A stretch of DNA of 64,000 nt. Source: Nymphaea colorata. Its lineage: Eukaryota. Below the pieces are notes generated by a model. The model was not told the origin of the DNA. It saw only the letters and a program-made list of their open reading frames with translations, and made no database searches. The position numbers and the translations under genes are program-made. Shown one piece after another: positions 60,605 through 64,000 of this stretch (the stretch's first letter is position 1; the number at the start of each line of letters is the position of its first letter). Location: contig NC_045138.2 in the NCBI RefSeq assembly GCF_008831285.2, positions 10,354,001-10,418,000 on the forward strand, read 5' to 3'.

Positions 60605-63600
60605 CGCTACCACCCTTAATCAATTAAATGAAGAATGCATAATCAAAATGACTCAAAATGTAAAAAAACAAGAGAATGCTCATGCTTGTTTGTCTATAAT
60701 TTTGCCATGCACGTGTGGATCTCATTCATGAGAATGTATCTATCCCTAATAAGCATTTAAATTATACATGTTGCAGCAAATATAAGTCAGTCCTTCACCG
60801 TGGAATCCTTTCATGGTGGGAAGTTAAAATGGTTTATAAGTGAGACCCTTTTTCTAAAACATCATTCATGGTTTCTCTCTTAGGAAAATCAATTTATACG
60901 CATCATGTATTAAAATGTACATTTGATTGTAGCTCTCCTTAGATGGACATCATTTCCAGCTATGAATAAGAATGAAAATGAATCCCTCCCAAGGATATTG
61001 AATTTGTAAATAAATAGCAAGAAACAAACATAGATGAAGAATAAACTATAATCACCCTTACCTTGTGGTCGGCCTTGGTGATTGAGGCTTCTCTTTGCTT
61101 GTTCTGTAAATCAAGTAATTATAAGCAAGAGCCCAAGCTTGGATTCTTGCTTAGTAAAGGTAGAAGAAGAGTGTCTTTTTGCTGGAAATTACAGAGATGA
61201 AGAGGGTTCCTTACACAAAAATCCTAAACAAGGGTCCACCAAAGTACCTGATCTTAGCAAATTCGAGAACAAAGGTTAAACATGAGAAAGAGAGAAAGGA
61301 AGAAGGCTGGGACGATGGTTTCTTCTCCTTGGATTATTCTTATCTCCTTCTTCCTCTTGCTGATCTTGGCTGCAACTCAGAGAAAGTGTTAGAGAAATCT
61401 CAAAAATTTCATCCTCCTACCTTGGCTCCCAAGGTGGGTTTATATAGAGATGGAATTGAATGAGGAAGGGAATGAGGTGGCTGCATCTATCTCCTTAACT
61501 CCCCCTTGGAACCACCCAAGCCGTGGGGAATTTGTCCATTTTGAGCTGGTGGGTTAGGATTAGGGGTGGGCATCGGCTGGGCCTGCCCAAAGCATGGGCC
61601 CGGGCCTGGCCTGGCACATTGGAGACATAGCCGAGCACCCCGTGATGCAGCCATCACCATCACCGTTCCCGCAGCCATCGCCGTTCCCCTCGCCGTCCCC
61701 GTCCCCAAAGCCTTCGCCTTTCCCGTCGCCATCCTTGTCCAGGAGGGGAACCTAGGGAGGAGGAGGAGGAGGGGAAGGGGGAGGGGGATGGGGAGGTGGC
61801 AGGGGAGCGTGCCGGCCTTCATGTCGCCGGAGGAGGAGGAGGAGGGGGAGCGGGAGTGAGAGACGGAGGGGGAGCGGGAGCGGGACTTGGAGGAGGGGGA
61901 GCAAGAGACGGAGGGGGAGCGGGAGACGGAGGGGGAGACAGAGGAAGAGCGGGACTTGGAGGAGGAAGAGTGGGAGACAGAGGAGGAGGGGGAGTGGGAG
62001 AACGGGCCGCATCGGGCCGGGCCGACCAGGGCTGCGTCATCTGGCCCAGGCCCGGCCCGGACCCGAGCCCGACCGGGCCGGGTACCGGGTACCAGATGGC
62101 AGCTCGGCCCGATGCCCAGGCCTAGTTAGGATAGGTCCAGATATGCACCCAGCTGGAACTATAATTAATTTAGATTCCGAAAAATCAGTTGAGGTGGAAG
62201 CATTGTTTCCCATTGGTCTAATCTCTAATTTGACCAATGGCTCATGGAAACTTTGTTTCCCATTGGTCTAATCCATGATACATGGACAAGGATTACGTTA
62301 TTTTTTATCCTCTTTAAATGATTTCAATCAAGCACTCGTAGCCCACACGCATGAGTTAGGTGTGCACAGCTAGGTCTGGTCAACTGTGGTCCAGACCTGG
62401 TCAAGTCTAACTTGGATCCTAGTTTGACAAAAATACCCTTAGCCTGGGTTTTATATTTTTGAAATCGAGCTTGTTAGGCTCAAGCCTAGTGACTAAGCTC
62501 TTAAATGTTTATGAATTGCAAACTTTTGTTTGATAGTTCAATTTAGTTTGAAAAGATTTTGAAAATCCTATCACATTTGGTTTGAAAAGGGTATTTTTGT
62601 CTATAATTCAATTTGAAAATGGATTTAATTGAATCAAATTTCAATTTGAAATCTTGTTTTTCAATTTGGTATTTAATTTGTGCATTTGACAAATTCAAAT
62701 GTGTAGTTGATTTTTATTGAATCTTAACTTGGATTCTACGAATTCAATTTAATCATGGAAGGATAGAGTTGTTCAAATTTGGTCAAATTTGATCAGTTGA
62801 CCAAAGTCAAAGTTCATTTTGTGAGCTAATGTTGACTTGATTGAGGTAATTTGATGAATTTGAGCTTAGGAAGCACTTAATTGTGTTTCAACTGAGCTCA
62901 ATTTCAAATTGTACTTCGACTAGGTTTAGTCAAAGTAGATTTGATCTAGTCAAGGTCTATCTCTGTCCATTGCCTGGATTGTGGGATAGACCTAGCCATT
63001 TAACTGGGTTTTAACTAAGCTAAGCTCATGTTGACTGAGCTTAGTTGAAGTTGGAACCACATTTGGGTGCTCCAAGGTGAGTCAACTTACGGTTAGTAGG
63101 TTGGTTAGAAGCACTTATTTCTTCTTTGGAATTTGATTCCTCTTTTAATTAGAGGATCTTTTCAACTAATAGATAAAGAGGTATAAATTTCTCTCTTTCC
63201 CTATGGACTTAATTATGATCTTATCTAATTTCATTAAAATTGAAAGGAGATGTTTTTGAAAAGGAGAGTGGGTGTGTGGCCTCTTGGGTGGGCCCTTGGC
63301 CGCTCGAGCCACACGAGCTATGTGGGGCACACATGTGGATCCCACTCAAAAATTCGATCAAAAATTGGATCCAATTTTTGAATTTGAATCAAGATTCAGA
63401 TTTTGAATTCAAATTTGGATTCCAAATTGGACATGGATCTAAATGACAATTGAAATTGGATTTGAATTTCAAAAACCTAATTTGGATCTAGTGTTGAGTA
63501 TTGGATTAGGATTCAGACTCATAATCCTACCTTGAGATTTGTGCTACAAGTTGAATTTATGATTTAAACCTAAATAGTGTTTAGATTTGAAATTGGCTTT

Positions 63601-63696
63601 GAAACTGAAGTTTTTGACAATTGTTTTGTAAAATTTGTTTCTAAGATTTTGAAATTTCATCTATCAACTGAGATGAAAAAATTTGGGGTATTAACA
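60605..63696 (-). mobile_element. Probable large LTR (~3.1 kb, Ogre/Tat-like)
   Basis: Minus strand starts TGTTAATACCCC (63696) and ends near AAGGGTGGTAGC (60605). CTATATAAA at ~61440 is followed by a pyrimidine-rich tract. No matching TSD found. Confidence 0.45.
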
Positions 63697-64000
63697 AGTG
63701 GCTTAATAGAATGGTCTGAGATAATAGTTTTTCATATTTAAAACAAAAAAACTCATATCACTGAATGAGTTAAATAAAAAAAAATCAGTAAGAATATAAC
63801 TATGAATTAGTTAAACAAAAGGGAGAGACAAGCAGGGAGGCCAGTGTAAGATGAAAGGAAGAATATGGCAAATGAGGAAAGGAGGGATGAGGAGGTAGGC
63901 TTTTCCCTTTAAAAATTTTTTATGGCTCTTTTGGAAGGGGATTGATTTTTCTTCACTGTTTTTGTTTGCCCCAAATTGGACTAGCATAGTGTTTAGAGGC
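63697..64000 (+). repeat. Diverged copy of the 47574-47970 region
   Basis: Shared blocks GTGGCTTAATAGAATGGT.TGAG, AATGAGTTAAATAAAAAAAAAATCA, GGCTTTTCCC.TTAAAAA and CCCCAAATTGGA. Confidence 0.8.

Noticed and set aside
61487..62237. Pro/Gly-rich ORFs resembling extensins or glycine-rich proteins
   Set aside because: Open in most frames because of GC-rich repeats. No signal peptide or gene structure, and they lie in a probable LTR.

Overview
Plant (angiosperm) nuclear DNA, almost entirely a nested transposon block. I found no intact host protein gene, RNA gene or CRISPR array. Retroelements: three full-length Ty1/copia elements with LTRs, PBS, PPT and TSD (11416-19556 decayed; 27629-33030 broken at one site; 35116-40638 apparently intact, 1421-aa ORF), an older copia remnant, a decayed chromoviral Ty3/gypsy pol, four TSD-flanked solo LTRs and two L1 LINE remnants. 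DNA transposons: several hAT elements and ends, a PIF/Harbinger end, and a probable ~21.7-kb CACTA element. Most notable: (i) intron-containing fragments of three unrelated host genes (X8 domain, ABCG/PDR transporter, UGT80B1-like sterol glucosyltransferase) next to the CACTA terminus, with one in-frame ABCG-UGT80 exon fusion; (ii) an ALG8-like fragment inside the Harbinger-like end; (iii) a hairpin with ~0.67-kb arms formed inside a solo LTR; (iv) an identical 18-mer in copia and gypsy LTRs. I cannot support a wholly new biological system. All protein identifications come from recalled family motifs, not database searches.
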